Positions 1-10,288 of a stretch of 64,000 bases of DNA are shown one piece after another. The notes beneath the pieces were generated by a model. It was not told the DNA's origin. It saw nothing but the letters and a program-made list of their open reading frames with translations, and searched no databases. This stretch comes from a virus. The first letter of the stretch is position 1. Every line of letters begins with the position of its first letter. The translations under genes and the position numbers were made by a program. The stretch spans positions 11,883 to 75,882 of the IMG/VR virus record IMGVR_UViG_3300025030_000081; one strand, written 5' to 3'.

Positions 1-3000
1 GCTGGTGAGCATGGGACTGGCAAGCAAAGAGGATCGGGCCGCGTACGTCAAAGATGCACAAGAGCGCGGAGTGCCCTACCGGACCGCGGCACAGGAGTAC
101 GTCAATGACGTGATTGCGCGCCAGGGTATGCCAGATGCCAACTTCACCGAAAAGGTGTTGGCGCAGCTGACCAAGAACCTGGCAGAGATCGCCGAGCAGA
201 CCACACGCAACAAGAAAGAGGTGATGGACTCGGTACGCCAGTGGCACCAGTACCCGCACCACGGTACCGGGTACTTTGTGGATAACCCTGTAAATACCGG
301 AGATAAGATCTTTGGAGACATCGACACGAACACGGTGCTCTCCCATGATGCAAAGGCACGGGACAAGGACATAGCGCTTATCCAGGGATTCCAGGCGGAA
401 GGTTACCACTCCTCACCCACCGGTAACGTGTCGACCACCGAAGCCGACTACACCCAGCCCTCGCAGGTGATCGACAGCCAGAACGTCGTAGAGAGTTTCG
501 ATGCGCTTATCAGTATGGATAGCAAGCTGGCGTACGCCAGTGTCCAGAACTCGCCAAGCCATGTCGATTACCTGCGGGGCGTCCTGAACTCGATCGTGTC
601 CCGGGTAATGGGTCCGGTCGAGATGTTCATGGATCAGCACAAGATCAACAACGAGACGCAGGGGATGTACACGATCGGCGCCAACGGAACTCAGCGGATC
701 TGGATCCAGACGCAGCAGAAGTCGGATCACCCGCTGGCGGGCATGCTGGGCCAGAGTATCCGGATGTCTCCGGCCGAGGTTTACGTGCACGAGCTGGTGC
801 ACCATATCACCCACACCGGCCTGAAGAACTTCCCACACCTGCAGAGGCAGGCATCAGCCCTTCGTGAGCTGTCCTTTCAGGAGTTCTCCAAAGCATACGG
901 GGAGCATGCCTACCGGGTGTTCCTGAACGACCCGACGATCGACGTTGCCGACCCGGCCAACGCCTACGAGGTTGCCGCGGCGAAAGCCCGCTGGGAGTAC
1001 GTGTTTAACACGAAACGCAAAGCCGACGGCAGCAATGCCGGCCTGGACGAGTTCATCTCCTTCGGGATGACCAACGAAAACTTCAAGCGCGAGCTGGGCA
1101 AGCTGCAGGTGAGCCAGGAGATCCTCAGCGCGCGCAAGTCGCTGAACACGATCTTCGAGAAGAACATCCAGCAGACGCTGGTCAACCTGTTCACCGCGGT
1201 CCTGGAGTTCATCTACCAGCGCTTCAACCAGCAGAGGCACTCGACCCGGGTCGACCAGGAACTGGAGAACCTGGTACGCGCCATCTCCTACGTGGACAGC
1301 AAGAACAAGAGCGTCCTGTGGAAGTTCACTGCTGATATGGAGGAGGCCATTACCGCGGTAAGTTTGCAGATTGACGAAAAGATTGTCGGCATGGTCAAAG
1401 CTGCCGTCGACAAGACCAAGGTGGGCAGCGCAATCAACCAGTTGAAGCAGTTTCCCCAGCTGAACAACATGCTCTCCCACCAGATGCGGATCGTGCTGCA
1501 CTGGTACACCAGCCAGCAGCAGGGGCTGATCCCGAGCATCGTCACGGAGATGCAGGGGACGACCGATCGGATGCGCCCGTTCCACGACCAGCTCAGGATG
1601 CGCAACCATGTACTCGATGCCGCCAAGAACGAAGCAACCCTGGTCGTCCGGGACAAGGTTAACTCCTGGTTCAAACAGGCGCTGACTCCGGCCCAGAAGA
1701 CGGTGATAACCAAGGCGCTACTGAAGACCGATGTCGGTTCCTTACTGGATAAAGGCTTGTCGTCCCAGGCGATCACCGGTTACCTTGCCGAGGACACCCG
1801 GCGGGAAGCGCGGATCACCGAGATCCTGAACCAGCTCCGAAACGATTCGGTACTGAAGGATTATGCGGTCTACTTCGAGAATGCCGCTGATGACCTCGGC
1901 TACTTCATGGTGCACAGCGCGCGTAAAACCAAAGACAGCATGCCGCTCATGAATGCCCACAATATCGTCAGCATGAGGCAGAGCAAGCATGCCGGGAAGC
2001 TCGCCGGTGAGAACTATGGCAGAGCCCTTGACCTGGTCGATCAGCTGGCTACCCTCTCCTCGCTGCGCTACGTACCCAAAGCGCAGAGACTGGCTGCGGC
2101 AGCTCTCATGACCAGTGAGTGGCCGGCCATCGAGAACGTCCTGAACCAGCACAACAAGCTCAAGGACGATGCCTTTCGGGATCTCTTCCACGGCAATCCC
2201 GTGAAGATGACCAAAGGCTACGTCGAGCAGATCCTCAACAGCAGGGTCAAGTTCGAGCAGGCCCATGTCGCCAATCCGGATGACCCGAATGACCCGACCC
2301 GGAAGCGGTTCGAGGATGCCGGCTACTACATGCAGGCGACCCCGATTCCCCGGGATCCGGCAGATCCGGTCCAGGACGACATCTACATGTTCCGCAACAT
2401 GCTTGGGGCGGTGAACGACCTGCAGCCCGGGATTGCATCGTACTCGCAGAATATCGGACGAGGCGCCACAGGCTACGACATACAGCAACAGTTGGGAAAC
2501 ACCTATGATCCTGCCCAAGAAGCCGAGCGGAACAACCAGATCGTTCTGGCGGATACCTTGAACACGATCGACAACCTGTTCAAGGTCCGTCCTCCTGCTA
2601 AACAGGCGTTAGGATCCGGCAAGAACTACATGATCCCCAAGTTTAATGACAAGGGCAACATTGCCGAGATGCGCTACATGATGTCCGAGGCAACCAAGGA
2701 TATAGTGTTTGAGCAGTTCTCCGAGTTCGATGCGGTGCTGGGGAGAATGGCCGCCACAATTATCGACAAGACGGTGACACCGGAGATCAACGCCAATGTG
2801 ATCGAAGCGCTGAAGGATGTTGCCGACCATAAGGATTATGGCCGTAAAGCGCTGCCGGAAGTCTTCGTGGAGATCTCACCCTGGTCGCCGGAGAAACGCT
2901 ACCGGGACATCTATCATCAGCTGCCTCCCAATGCCCGGACCAAGATCCTGTCCATCTGGGGTGAGAACCGAATGTGGGTGGCGCAGGACATGGTGGATCT

Positions 3001-4150
3001 GGCTTTCGGCCAGAGGAAGTACTCGGTCAGCGAGACCTTCAGCAAGAACAAGAAGGAAAGCAACCTGTTTGAGAAGATGTTCGTAGAGGTGCTGAAACTG
3101 GCTCTGGGAGATCACAATCCCTTGAGCGAACCGCCACCAGGAGCCAAGGCGAATGACTCCGTACAGGGCCGTGCAGTGCGCCGTACGACGGCAGTCTACA
3201 ACACGCTTGCCCAAGTGACGAAGCTAGGGAAAGCCAACATCGTGGTGCGTAACCTGGGGGTCGTGTTCGGCAACCACAATAGCAACATGATGCTGCTCAA
3301 GTCGATGGGCATCCCCCTAGAGAAGATCGTCCTTTACAACAAGGAGGCGATGACCGGGATCCTGCAGTACCAGAAGGACAAGCACGAGCTCGAGTCCTGG
3401 CGCCTTGAGTTGGAGAATACCCAACGGAGACGGTCCATCACCCCGGCCGAGAAAGACATCCAGACAAGAAACATCAGCCGGCGGATCGCCGTGCTGGAAA
3501 ACCAGCTGGCCCTGAATAAGGCAACGCCTCTGGTTAAGGAAGGTGCGATGCCGTCCATCGTCGACGATTTCGATACGGATTACGTACCGCCGCCGTTCAC
3601 TTACGGGGTGGATGCGCTCCTGGACAAGAGTCTCGATCTGCTGCCGAAAGGGCTACAGAGGGCCGGTCGGACGCTGTTCATGACCACCGACACCGAGGGG
3701 TTCCGGATGATGAACAACGCGGTCAAGCTGACTGACTTCACCGGGCGGTACATCCTCTACAAGCACCTGACTGCCAAGGGTATGGATCACAACCTGGCTG
3801 TCTCAACAGTCATGGATAAGTTCATCAACTTTGACTTGCCAACTCATCGAATGATAAGTATGGTGAACGACATTGGACTAGTGATGTTTTCCAAGTACCA
3901 GCTGAGGGTGCTCAAACATATCAAGGATGTCTTGAAAGAGCACCCGTTCACGGCGCTGGCCACTTTTCTGATTGGTTCACACATAGGTGACAACAACATC
4001 ATCAATTCGATACCGTTCGTAACCAAAGATGTCATGCAGAATGTCGGCAATGCTGCATCGCTGACCGGCACAGTCTGGGATACCGCGGTGATTGACGGCG
4101 TGCAGTATGTTGGCGGCCTGGCCGCTGATGTGGTTACTCCAGGAACGTGA
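1..4150 (+). CDS. Virion RNA polymerase (N4 gp50-like), C-terminal ~1380 aa; 5' part outside window
   Basis: Frame open from window start; HELVH zincin motif followed by LDEFISFGMTN; C-terminal DFTGRYILYKHL...FINFD...IGLVMFSKY resembles N4-like vRNAP tails; N4 synteny. Confidence 0.85.
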   Translation, partial: LVSMGLASKEDRAAYVKDAQERGVPYRTAAQEYVNDVIARQGMPDANFTEKVLAQLTKNLAEIAEQTTRNKKEVMDSVRQWHQYPHHGTGYFVDNPVNTGDKIFGDIDTNTVLSHDAKARDKDIALIQGFQAEGYHSSPTGNVSTTEADYTQPSQVIDSQNVVESFDALISMDSKLAYASVQNSPSHVDYLRGVLNSIVSRVMGPVEMFMDQHKINNETQGMYTIGANGTQRIWIQTQQKSDHPLAGMLGQSIRMSPAEVYVHELVHHITHTGLKNFPHLQRQASALRELSFQEFSKAYGEHAYRVFLNDPTIDVADPANAYEVAAAKARWEYVFNTKRKADGSNAGLDEFISFGMTNENFKRELGKLQVSQEILSARKSLNTIFEKNIQQTLVNLFTAVLEFIYQRFNQQRHSTRVDQELENLVRAISYVDSKNKSVLWKFTADMEEAITAVSLQIDEKIVGMVKAAVDKTKVGSAINQLKQFPQLNNMLSHQMRIVLHWYTSQQQGLIPSIVTEMQGTTDRMRPFHDQLRMRNHVLDAAKNEATLVVRDKVNSWFKQALTPAQKTVITKALLKTDVGSLLDKGLSSQAITGYLAEDTRREARITEILNQLRNDSVLKDYAVYFENAADDLGYFMVHSARKTKDSMPLMNAHNIVSMRQSKHAGKLAGENYGRALDLVDQLATLSSLRYVPKAQRLAAAALMTSEWPAIENVLNQHNKLKDDAFRDLFHGNPVKMTKGYVEQILNSRVKFEQAHVANPDDPNDPTRKRFEDAGYYMQATPIPRDPADPVQDDIYMFRNMLGAVNDLQPGIASYSQNIGRGATGYDIQQQLGNTYDPAQEAERNNQIVLADTLNTIDNLFKVRPPAKQALGSGKNYMIPKFNDKGNIAEMRYMMSEATKDIVFEQFSEFDAVLGRMAATIIDKTVTPEINANVIEALKDVADHKDYGRKALPEVFVEISPWSPEKRYRDIYHQLPPNARTKILSIWGENRMWVAQDMVDLAFGQRKYSVSETFSKNKKESNLFEKMFVEVLKLALGDHNPLSEPPPGAKANDSVQGRAVRRTTAVYNTLAQVTKLGKANIVVRNLGVVFGNHNSNMMLLKSMGIPLEKIVLYNKEAMTGILQYQKDKHELESWRLELENTQRRRSITPAEKDIQTRNISRRIAVLENQLALNKATPLVKEGAMPSIVDDFDTDYVPPPFTYGVDALLDKSLDLLPKGLQRAGRTLFMTTDTEGFRMMNNAVKLTDFTGRYILYKHLTAKGMDHNLAVSTVMDKFINFDLPTHRMISMVNDIGLVMFSKYQLRVLKHIKDVLKEHPFTALATFLIGSHIGDNNIINSIPFVTKDVMQNVGNAASLTGTVWDTAVIDGVQYVGGLAADVVTPGT

Positions 4151-4157
4151 GGTTTAC

Positions 4158-6869
4158 ATGGCAGATAGAGTAGTCGCTTTCCAGTCAATGGTGTTCCGCC
4201 GGTCGGATCATGACATCGTAGCAGGCGATCCTGCCTTCCCGTCCGGCGGGTCGTATGAATCTCCGGTGCCGGACAACGCATACTGGCCCAGGATACCGTT
4301 ACCGGGCAACGAGCCGCTGTACGTGTCGATGAGAATATTCACCAGCGACGGCCTATTCCCCCAGGAGGAGCTCTGGAGTCCTCCGACGCTGTTCGTAAAG
4401 CACGGGGACAAGGGAGACACCGGCAATAGCGGCGATACCGGGGCAGATGGATTGCACGGATTAAACGGCATAGGCACTCCCGGGAATCCCGGAATCAACG
4501 GGGCTGACGGCGTTGCCGGCAGAGGCATCGTATGGGTCGGTGAGGCCGCGTCACATCCGATTAACCCCGAGTACGGGACGGCTTACTACAACACCACAGA
4601 CCACAAAAGCTACGTCTACTATGATCTGGCCTGGTATCAGATGACCGTAGACGGTGTCGATGGTCAGGACGGGTATCACAGCGCCATCATAACCCTTTAT
4701 CGAAAATCCGCCAGTGCTGCGGTTGAGCCGGAAAGTTTTAGTGGCACCTTCACATACGATTTTACAACAGCGCTCCTGTCCGGGGGCACCTTAAACGGCT
4801 GGACGCAAACCATGCCCGCGAGCGGTGCCGGGGAATACATCTGGGTGAAACAAGCTTCGGCTGTTGCCGATGCCCCTACGGATTCGATTGCCGCCACGGA
4901 GTTCTCCGGAGGGGTGGTCATCAGCGGGGTCGGACTTGACGGCATAAATAGCGCCACCGTGATCCTCTATCGTAAAACGGCCACCACTGCTGCGCCCGCC
5001 ATCCCCACAGGAACCTTTACCTACACGTTTTCTTTAAAAACTCTTTCCGCTGCACCCACCGGCGTGTTCAATTCCTGGTCGCAAACCGCACCGAGCCTGG
5101 TTAATGGTGAGTACCTCTGGATGGTTCAGGCAACGGCCAGTTCGAGGACCGATACCGACACGATCTCTTTCACTGAATTTTCTGTTCCGGCGGTAACATC
5201 GTCAACCGGGATCGACGGTTTATCCATCGTCTGGAAGGGTGATTTGGCAGCGCCTCCGGCGAATCCATCAATAAACTGGGTGTACCGTGATACCACCAAT
5301 GCAACCGTGTATATCTACAATGGATTTGCCTGGGAACTGATGGTTCTCGATGGTAACGATGGAACCAATGGCACCAACGGAACTAACGGAACCAACGGCA
5401 CCGATGGTGATTCAATCGATATCGTATTTGTGCGGAGCGCAGCAACACCGGCAACACCGACAGCATCTGCTGGTGTGCCTTCATCGCCTATCCAATGGTA
5501 CACCAGCGTTGCTGCTGCTAATACCGCCGGGGGTGAGGCCGTAAAGCTCTGGAGCAGCGTAGGTTACCGTCCTTTAAGTGCAGGAAATTACACCTGGGAT
5601 ACGCCGATCAGAGTCGACGGCGACAAAGTTGCCGAGATTACGGTATTCACCCGTGGCGTGCCCAGCACGACCCCGACCGGTGGCACCTACACTTTTGGTG
5701 CAGCTACCCCGATCACGACGTTGCCCACCTCAACCGGCGCAACGTGGTCTCGGACCATACCGACCGGTACTGCAGCGGTTTACACATCGCGCGCGGTGGT
5801 GTCCACAGTTGCCGGGAATACTGGCGCGGTTGCTATTACTGGTTGGTCGACCCCGGTGATAAGTTTGCAAAACGGGCTGTCAGTTTACATAACCTACCAT
5901 GACGCTTCTGCCGCCGGAACTCCCCCAGCGAAACCAACTAGCATCGCCGGGACAGACAACGGCTGGCATACGGCGGCAACAGCGGCGGCAAACTGGATGT
6001 CGCAAAAGGTGGATGACGGCACCACCGCGGCCTGGGGTGACGCCATAAAAATCGGCGGGATAGACGGTACCAACGGCACCGATGGAGCCGACGGACAAAC
6101 CGGCTCGAGTGTCCTGGTGGTTTATGTTGACGCGATCGACCCGGCAACTCCCGGCACCAGCGTCGGTGTTCCCGTCGGCTGGTCGGCTGCGATACCGGCC
6201 AGTGCCACCTATGCCATCTGGGAAACCACCGGGACGAGAGCCACCGGAGGAGCAACCTACACCTGGACAACCCCGGTCGTATCTACAGCCGGCTGGAGAA
6301 AACCAGGGACAACGTTCTTCGACGGCAACAAGATATTCACAGGGGACGCCTATGTGGACACCTTGCAGATCAAGGGGCAAGCCGTCACATTCTCTGTTGC
6401 TACTACGGATTGGGCTGGTTCTACTACGTCTGCTGTGAATATCCAGCCCACAGGTTCCGTGATAACTAAGGATATCTGCTCGACACCGATGAGTTTTACA
6501 GGCCCACTAAGCGGCGTAAATACGCCCGTAATAGTGATGTGCAGAACAACTTTTACACTCTCCGGTTACTGCCCTGACGGGAGTGTTTACACTCGGGGTT
6601 ATATCAAGGTCGAGCTGTTGCGGGACACGACTGTACTGCACACTGCGGTAAACGAACAGTGGACTTTCGATGGATCATCGATTGCAACTACGGTATCACT
6701 GAAGGATGAAATAAGTTTTGAATACCTCGACACTTCTGCCCCTGCGGGGAACCACACATACAAATTGAAAATCACATTTACTACAAATGTGACTTCCTTC
6801 AACAACACATTGACTGGCACGTTGTCTAATTCCAAATCGTCTATATTTGCTCTGGAGACGAAACGATGA
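4158..6869 (+). CDS. Tail fibre / receptor-binding protein with collagen-like G-X-Y linkers and repeated beta-rich modules
   Basis: ATG 4158 after GAGG; GDKGDTG and (GTN)n repeats; Thr/Gly/Trp-rich modules; IFTGDAYVDTLQIKGQAVT motif typical of tail proteins. Confidence 0.75.
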   Translation: MADRVVAFQSMVFRRSDHDIVAGDPAFPSGGSYESPVPDNAYWPRIPLPGNEPLYVSMRIFTSDGLFPQEELWSPPTLFVKHGDKGDTGNSGDTGADGLHGLNGIGTPGNPGINGADGVAGRGIVWVGEAASHPINPEYGTAYYNTTDHKSYVYYDLAWYQMTVDGVDGQDGYHSAIITLYRKSASAAVEPESFSGTFTYDFTTALLSGGTLNGWTQTMPASGAGEYIWVKQASAVADAPTDSIAATEFSGGVVISGVGLDGINSATVILYRKTATTAAPAIPTGTFTYTFSLKTLSAAPTGVFNSWSQTAPSLVNGEYLWMVQATASSRTDTDTISFTEFSVPAVTSSTGIDGLSIVWKGDLAAPPANPSINWVYRDTTNATVYIYNGFAWELMVLDGNDGTNGTNGTNGTNGTDGDSIDIVFVRSAATPATPTASAGVPSSPIQWYTSVAAANTAGGEAVKLWSSVGYRPLSAGNYTWDTPIRVDGDKVAEITVFTRGVPSTTPTGGTYTFGAATPITTLPTSTGATWSRTIPTGTAAVYTSRAVVSTVAGNTGAVAITGWSTPVISLQNGLSVYITYHDASAAGTPPAKPTSIAGTDNGWHTAATAAANWMSQKVDDGTTAAWGDAIKIGGIDGTNGTDGADGQTGSSVLVVYVDAIDPATPGTSVGVPVGWSAAIPASATYAIWETTGTRATGGATYTWTTPVVSTAGWRKPGTTFFDGNKIFTGDAYVDTLQIKGQAVTFSVATTDWAGSTTSAVNIQPTGSVITKDICSTPMSFTGPLSGVNTPVIVMCRTTFTLSGYCPDGSVYTRGYIKVELLRDTTVLHTAVNEQWTFDGSSIATTVSLKDEISFEYLDTSAPAGNHTYKLKITFTTNVTSFNNTLTGTLSNSKSSIFALETKR
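5361..5405 (+). repeat. 9-bp tandem repeat encoding (GTN)4-GTD collagen-like linker
   Basis: ggaaccaat ggcaccaac ggaactaac ggaaccaac ggcaccgat. Confidence 0.9.
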
Positions 6870-7324
6870 TAAAAATTGCAATATATCGAATTAGTGATGG
6901 TGAGATCCAACGCCGAGCTGTTACACACTACCAATTGATTGAACTTAACTACGGAGAGGGAGAAAACTACTTTCTAAACTGCCCTCCTGACGCCACCCAC
7001 ATTATCGATGGGGAGCCAGTAACGGTCATTCCGCCTGTAGTCCCTTCGACCACGGAGGAGCTGATACAGTTGAATGTGACCGCCATCCAGAGGCACCTGG
7101 ACGCTACGGCGCGCACCCGGAACTATGACGGGATACTGAGCCTTGCAAGCTATGCGAGTTCTACGGATGCCGCATTTGCGGCTGAAGGGGCAGCAGGGGT
7201 GTTATGGAGGGATACCTGTTGGCGATTGAGTTATCAGGCTCTAGCGGACGTGCAGGCGGGTCTTAGGGCTATGCCTACACCTGCGGAAGCGGTGGCAGAA
7301 CTACCGCCCATGATCTGGCCTTAA
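6866..7324 (+). CDS. Tail fibre assembly/chaperone-like protein
   Basis: ATGA overlap with fibre gene; IQRHLDATARTRNYDGILSLASY...WRD.CW...ELPPMIWP pattern of fibre-associated proteins. Confidence 0.7.
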   Translation: MIKIAIYRISDGEIQRRAVTHYQLIELNYGEGENYFLNCPPDATHIIDGEPVTVIPPVVPSTTEELIQLNVTAIQRHLDATARTRNYDGILSLASYASSTDAAFAAEGAAGVLWRDTCWRLSYQALADVQAGLRAMPTPAEAVAELPPMIWP

Positions 7325-7356
7325 AAGGATTGTTTGAAAGGATCGTGCAGAAAGGA

Positions 7357-7385
7357 AAAGCCCCTGTGAAAGGGCTTTCTTGTTT
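7357..7385. terminator. Bidirectional intrinsic terminator between convergent late and middle blocks
   Basis: AAAGCCC-ctgtgaaa-GGGCTTT with A-rich 5' flank and T-rich 3' flank. Confidence 0.75.
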
Positions 7386-7401
7386 GGTGGGGTATTGATA
7401 A

Positions 7402-8070
7402 TCACAGGTCGTCAAAGATGACCGGGATCCGCTGTTGAAACTCAGCCAGGGCCGGCCGCATCAACCACTGCATGGATTCATCGGCATGGGAATCCGCCCG
7501 CTGTTTGAAGATATGGCGCCACTCTTCGAGATTGGCGGTTATCTCAACCTCGGTCTTGGCGTCATTGGGTAGGACACCCCTGGCGCGTTCAGGCTTTTGA
7601 CCACACTTTATCAAACCGTGATAGGTCTCTTCTGCGCTGAAGAGGTGACGCAACCACATGCGCGCGCCGTTTGCCGGCGGCGTGATCTGTACTTCAGCCT
7701 CATGATGATAGACGCCAGGCTGGAGTGTATTGTGGTAGTACCAGGGCAGGACGAACACAACCTCCCCATCATTCTTCTTGCTGTAGTTACAGTAGCGCTG
7801 GGACTCCTGGAGGAAGTGCGCCAGCCCGTGCCGGACTATCTGATGAGAAACCGACCGGCTGCATACCAGCCTCATGGATGCCTGTTCGTGGCGCAGCACC
7901 GAATGGTGCTTTTTGACGTGCACCAGATCATGCATGAAATCCAGATCACTCTTGGGTGATACTTTTTCCGGCTTGTAACAGGTGTTCGCCTTCAAGCGCA
8001 GCCGGTGCAGGATCTCGGCACCGCTTCGCAATCCGGGATCCAGTTCAAAACTCGGTTTAACCAGTAGCAT
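7402..8070 (-). CDS. thyX: Flavin-dependent thymidylate synthase
   Basis: HHSVLRH, SHQIVRH...QESQRY (RHx7SxR signature), ARGVLPN motifs. Confidence 0.92.
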   Translation of the reverse strand: MLLVKPSFELDPGLRSGAEILHRLRLKANTCYKPEKVSPKSDLDFMHDLVHVKKHHSVLRHEQASMRLVCSRSVSHQIVRHGLAHFLQESQRYCNYSKKNDGEVVFVLPWYYHNTLQPGVYHHEAEVQITPPANGARMWLRHLFSAEETYHGLIKCGQKPERARGVLPNDAKTEVEITANLEEWRHIFKQRADSHADESMQWLMRPALAEFQQRIPVIFDDL

Positions 8071-8890
8071 TGAATGTCTCCTTTTCCTGAAGTTCCTTGT
8101 GAAGAATCATGCAATGTTCCGCGATTTCCTCTCCCACCACGCTCAGATCCGCGAGTCCCGCGTTGTTGCGGATCTCGTAATCGTAGGGATGGTTCTTTAC
8201 GTTCTGGTCGGCGTGGTTGCCGAAGCCCTGTGCACCATCCCTGTGCACCAGGATAGAGATCGCGCCCGGGTGCGTCTCAAGGAACTTGGCGATCTCCAGC
8301 GGCTCACGGATATGGAAGAACATAACGTCGTGCTTGAGTTGTGTAATCAGCTCGGTCATGTACTTCATGGGACCGTCGTATGTATTCGTCGAGAGGTCTT
8401 TCAAGTCTGAAAGGAACTGGCGCCCCTGCTCGTCTTTCTCGCCGTCCCAACCCAGGATCAGTGCGGCCTCCTTCACCAGCCCGACCGATGAATGATTGCT
8501 CGACACCAATCCCCGCTGTGCCAGGTGAGCTCTCACGAACTCAACAAAGGTGTCCTTTCCTGTCCCTGCTGCGCCGTTGATCACAACGACAAGTGTCTTG
8601 CCCATCCCTCCTCCTGTGGGTAAGTTGATAACTTCTGTGGATAACTGCTTTCGCACCGTGTCCTTATCGCAGATGTCCCTGACGAATTTGATGGCCATGG
8701 CGGCAGATTGGATAGCCTCCTTGCGCATCCATTCAGGATGCTCTGTCGGTCGTACCACTTCTCGTTCCAGCTCCATGACCTCGCACTTCAGGGTGGCTAA
8801 GCCTACCTCCTTGTTGGTCATTGGATCATGAACATATTTGGCGTCTGCTCTGGCCAATTCATCCAGGACATCTTGAATTATCCTGTGCAT
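8057..8890 (-). CDS. MazG-like NTP-pyrophosphohydrolase domain fused to P-loop nucleotide (dNMP) kinase-like domain
   Basis: N-terminal E..EL.E...KEAIQSAAMA motif; C-terminal VVINGAAGTGKDT Walker A; internal GGAGG RBS before in-frame ATG at 8605. Confidence 0.7.
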   Translation of the reverse strand: MHRIIQDVLDELARADAKYVHDPMTNKEVGLATLKCEVMELEREVVRPTEHPEWMRKEAIQSAAMAIKFVRDICDKDTVRKQLSTEVINLPTGGGMGKTLVVVINGAAGTGKDTFVEFVRAHLAQRGLVSSNHSSVGLVKEAALILGWDGEKDEQGRQFLSDLKDLSTNTYDGPMKYMTELITQLKHDVMFFHIREPLEIAKFLETHPGAISILVHRDGAQGFGNHADQNVKNHPYDYEIRNNAGLADLSVVGEEIAEHCMILHKELQEKETFNATG

Positions 8891-8911
8891 AATCTAACCT
8901 CTGTTGATGAC

Positions 8912-8941
8912 GGCGGTGCCACCGGAGTCAGTGGCACCGCC
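8912..8941. other. 11-bp perfect intergenic hairpin
   Basis: GGCGGTGCCAC-cggagtca-GTGGCACCGCC; no U-tract. Confidence 0.6.
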
Positions 8942-8951
8942 AGGATACCGA

Positions 8952-9275
8952 CTAGTTCTTGCCGAACAGCGGCTTACTCTCCGAGGCCGTATCGTCGGTT
9001 GACTGATCCACTACGAAGGGCGGCGGCTCCTCTTTGGCCACCGCCTGGTTGAAGGTCAACCCGGTTGCTTCCTTGACCGCTGCATCGATGACTTCGATCA
9101 CGGCGCGCTTCGGGATTTCGTCGTTGGAGATGTCGATGGAAGCCGACATCCCGTTGGGGGCACGTCCGGCGGTCAGGGTGACGGCGACGTTCTTGCCGGT
9201 GATGCTGATGCCCTGCTCGCCGACAAAGGCGATGATCGCCTTCTCGATTTCTGCCTGGTTCAAAGTGATCTGCAT
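8952..9275 (-). CDS. Conserved N4-like hypothetical protein (MQITLNQAEIE...AGR); frame extends upstream to 9395
   Basis: GGAG RBS before ATG 9275; position downstream of SSB as in N4-like phages. Confidence 0.7.
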   Translation of the reverse strand: MQITLNQAEIEKAIIAFVGEQGISITGKNVAVTLTAGRAPNGMSASIDISNDEIPKRAVIEVIDAAVKEATGLTFNQAVAKEEPPPFVVDQSTDDTASESKPLFGKN

Positions 9276-9395
9276 GGTGCCAATTCTCCTCTTTCTCTTT
9301 GGTGGTGGTGTCATCAGTTTGGTGATCAGCATGGAGGCTACCTGGATCCCAAATAGCCCCCATGGGCCGATAGGCAACTTAGGTGCCCGCAGCAT

Positions 9396-10139
9396 CTAGC
9401 CGAACAGGCTGGTCTTCGGTGCCGCTTCTCCGGACGCTACCGGTGCCCCTTTCAGGCCGGCGCCCTTGACTTCGGTGGACTGGTCATCGATCTGGTCCTT
9501 CCACTTGGCCAGCCACTTCTCGGAGAAGTCGGCGGGGATGCTGTTCTTGATCTCCGCGGCAGTCTTACGCTCGTCCGGGCTGAGGAACTTGTCCACGACG
9601 TTGACGGAGTAGGTCTTGCCGGTCGCCTCGTACTCGCCGGATGCGGCGTTCTTGGCGGTCTTGTCCTGGATCTGATTGAGCACAGCGCCGCAGACCGGTT
9701 TGCCGACCAGGTCAACCAGCATGTCGACCTCGGTAACCACTTCAGCCTTGGCATCGTAGTTGTACAGCTTGATGGACTTCTTCTCGCTGCTGGCCTGCAG
9801 GATGCTCTTGCCGGTAACGATCTGCGCCAGGGAGTCGATGAGGGAGAAGCCGGGAAGGTTGAACTGCTCCTTCTTGCCGTTGCTCTCCTTCTCGTAGTAG
9901 GTCTTGTTCCCCTTGGCGTCGCCGGAGGTGATGTACTCGGTCATCTTGATCTCACGTTCCTCGGGTGTGAGGAGCAGCAGGTTGACAGCCATGGCGCCGC
10001 TTTTGGCCTTGGTGACGTAGGCGTACTTGATGATGAGGTTGTAGATGTTGGAGGCCAACGGCTCCCTCTTCTGGCCCTTGACGGAATCCTTATCCGCGGT
10101 GACGGTGCTGCTGGTGTTTACCTGATCGAAAATTCCCAT
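9396..10139 (-). CDS. Single-stranded DNA-binding protein (N4 gp45-like)
   Basis: AAGGAG RBS; KSGAMAVNL, LPGF and C-terminal ...KTSLFG; follows gp44-like gene. Confidence 0.85.
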   Translation of the reverse strand: MGIFDQVNTSSTVTADKDSVKGQKREPLASNIYNLIIKYAYVTKAKSGAMAVNLLLLTPEEREIKMTEYITSGDAKGNKTYYEKESNGKKEQFNLPGFSLIDSLAQIVTGKSILQASSEKKSIKLYNYDAKAEVVTEVDMLVDLVGKPVCGAVLNQIQDKTAKNAASGEYEATGKTYSVNVVDKFLSPDERKTAAEIKNSIPADFSEKWLAKWKDQIDDQSTEVKGAGLKGAPVASGEAAPKTSLFG

Positions 10140-10208
10140 GTGCGTGTTGCTCCTTTTGTAAGTTCCCTGCTCTATAAGCATGGGGTTGGTGTGCTGCATG
10201 AAATCAAA

Positions 10209-10288
10209 GTGGGTGATGATTCAACGTACACGGATTGGCCCGGTCCATATAGGGGTAGGGGCAGTACCGGCTTTCGCTCATCACCCAC
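10209..10288 (-). ncRNA. Putative structured cis element in SSB leader
   Basis: 11-bp closing stem GTGGGTGATGA/TCATCACCCAC enclosing a GC-GAAA-GC tetraloop and a CCGGT/ACCGG helix. Confidence 0.45.

Noticed and set aside
6400-7324. Diversity-generating retroelement acting on the tail fibre
   Set aside because: No reverse transcriptase gene and no template/variable repeat pair seen
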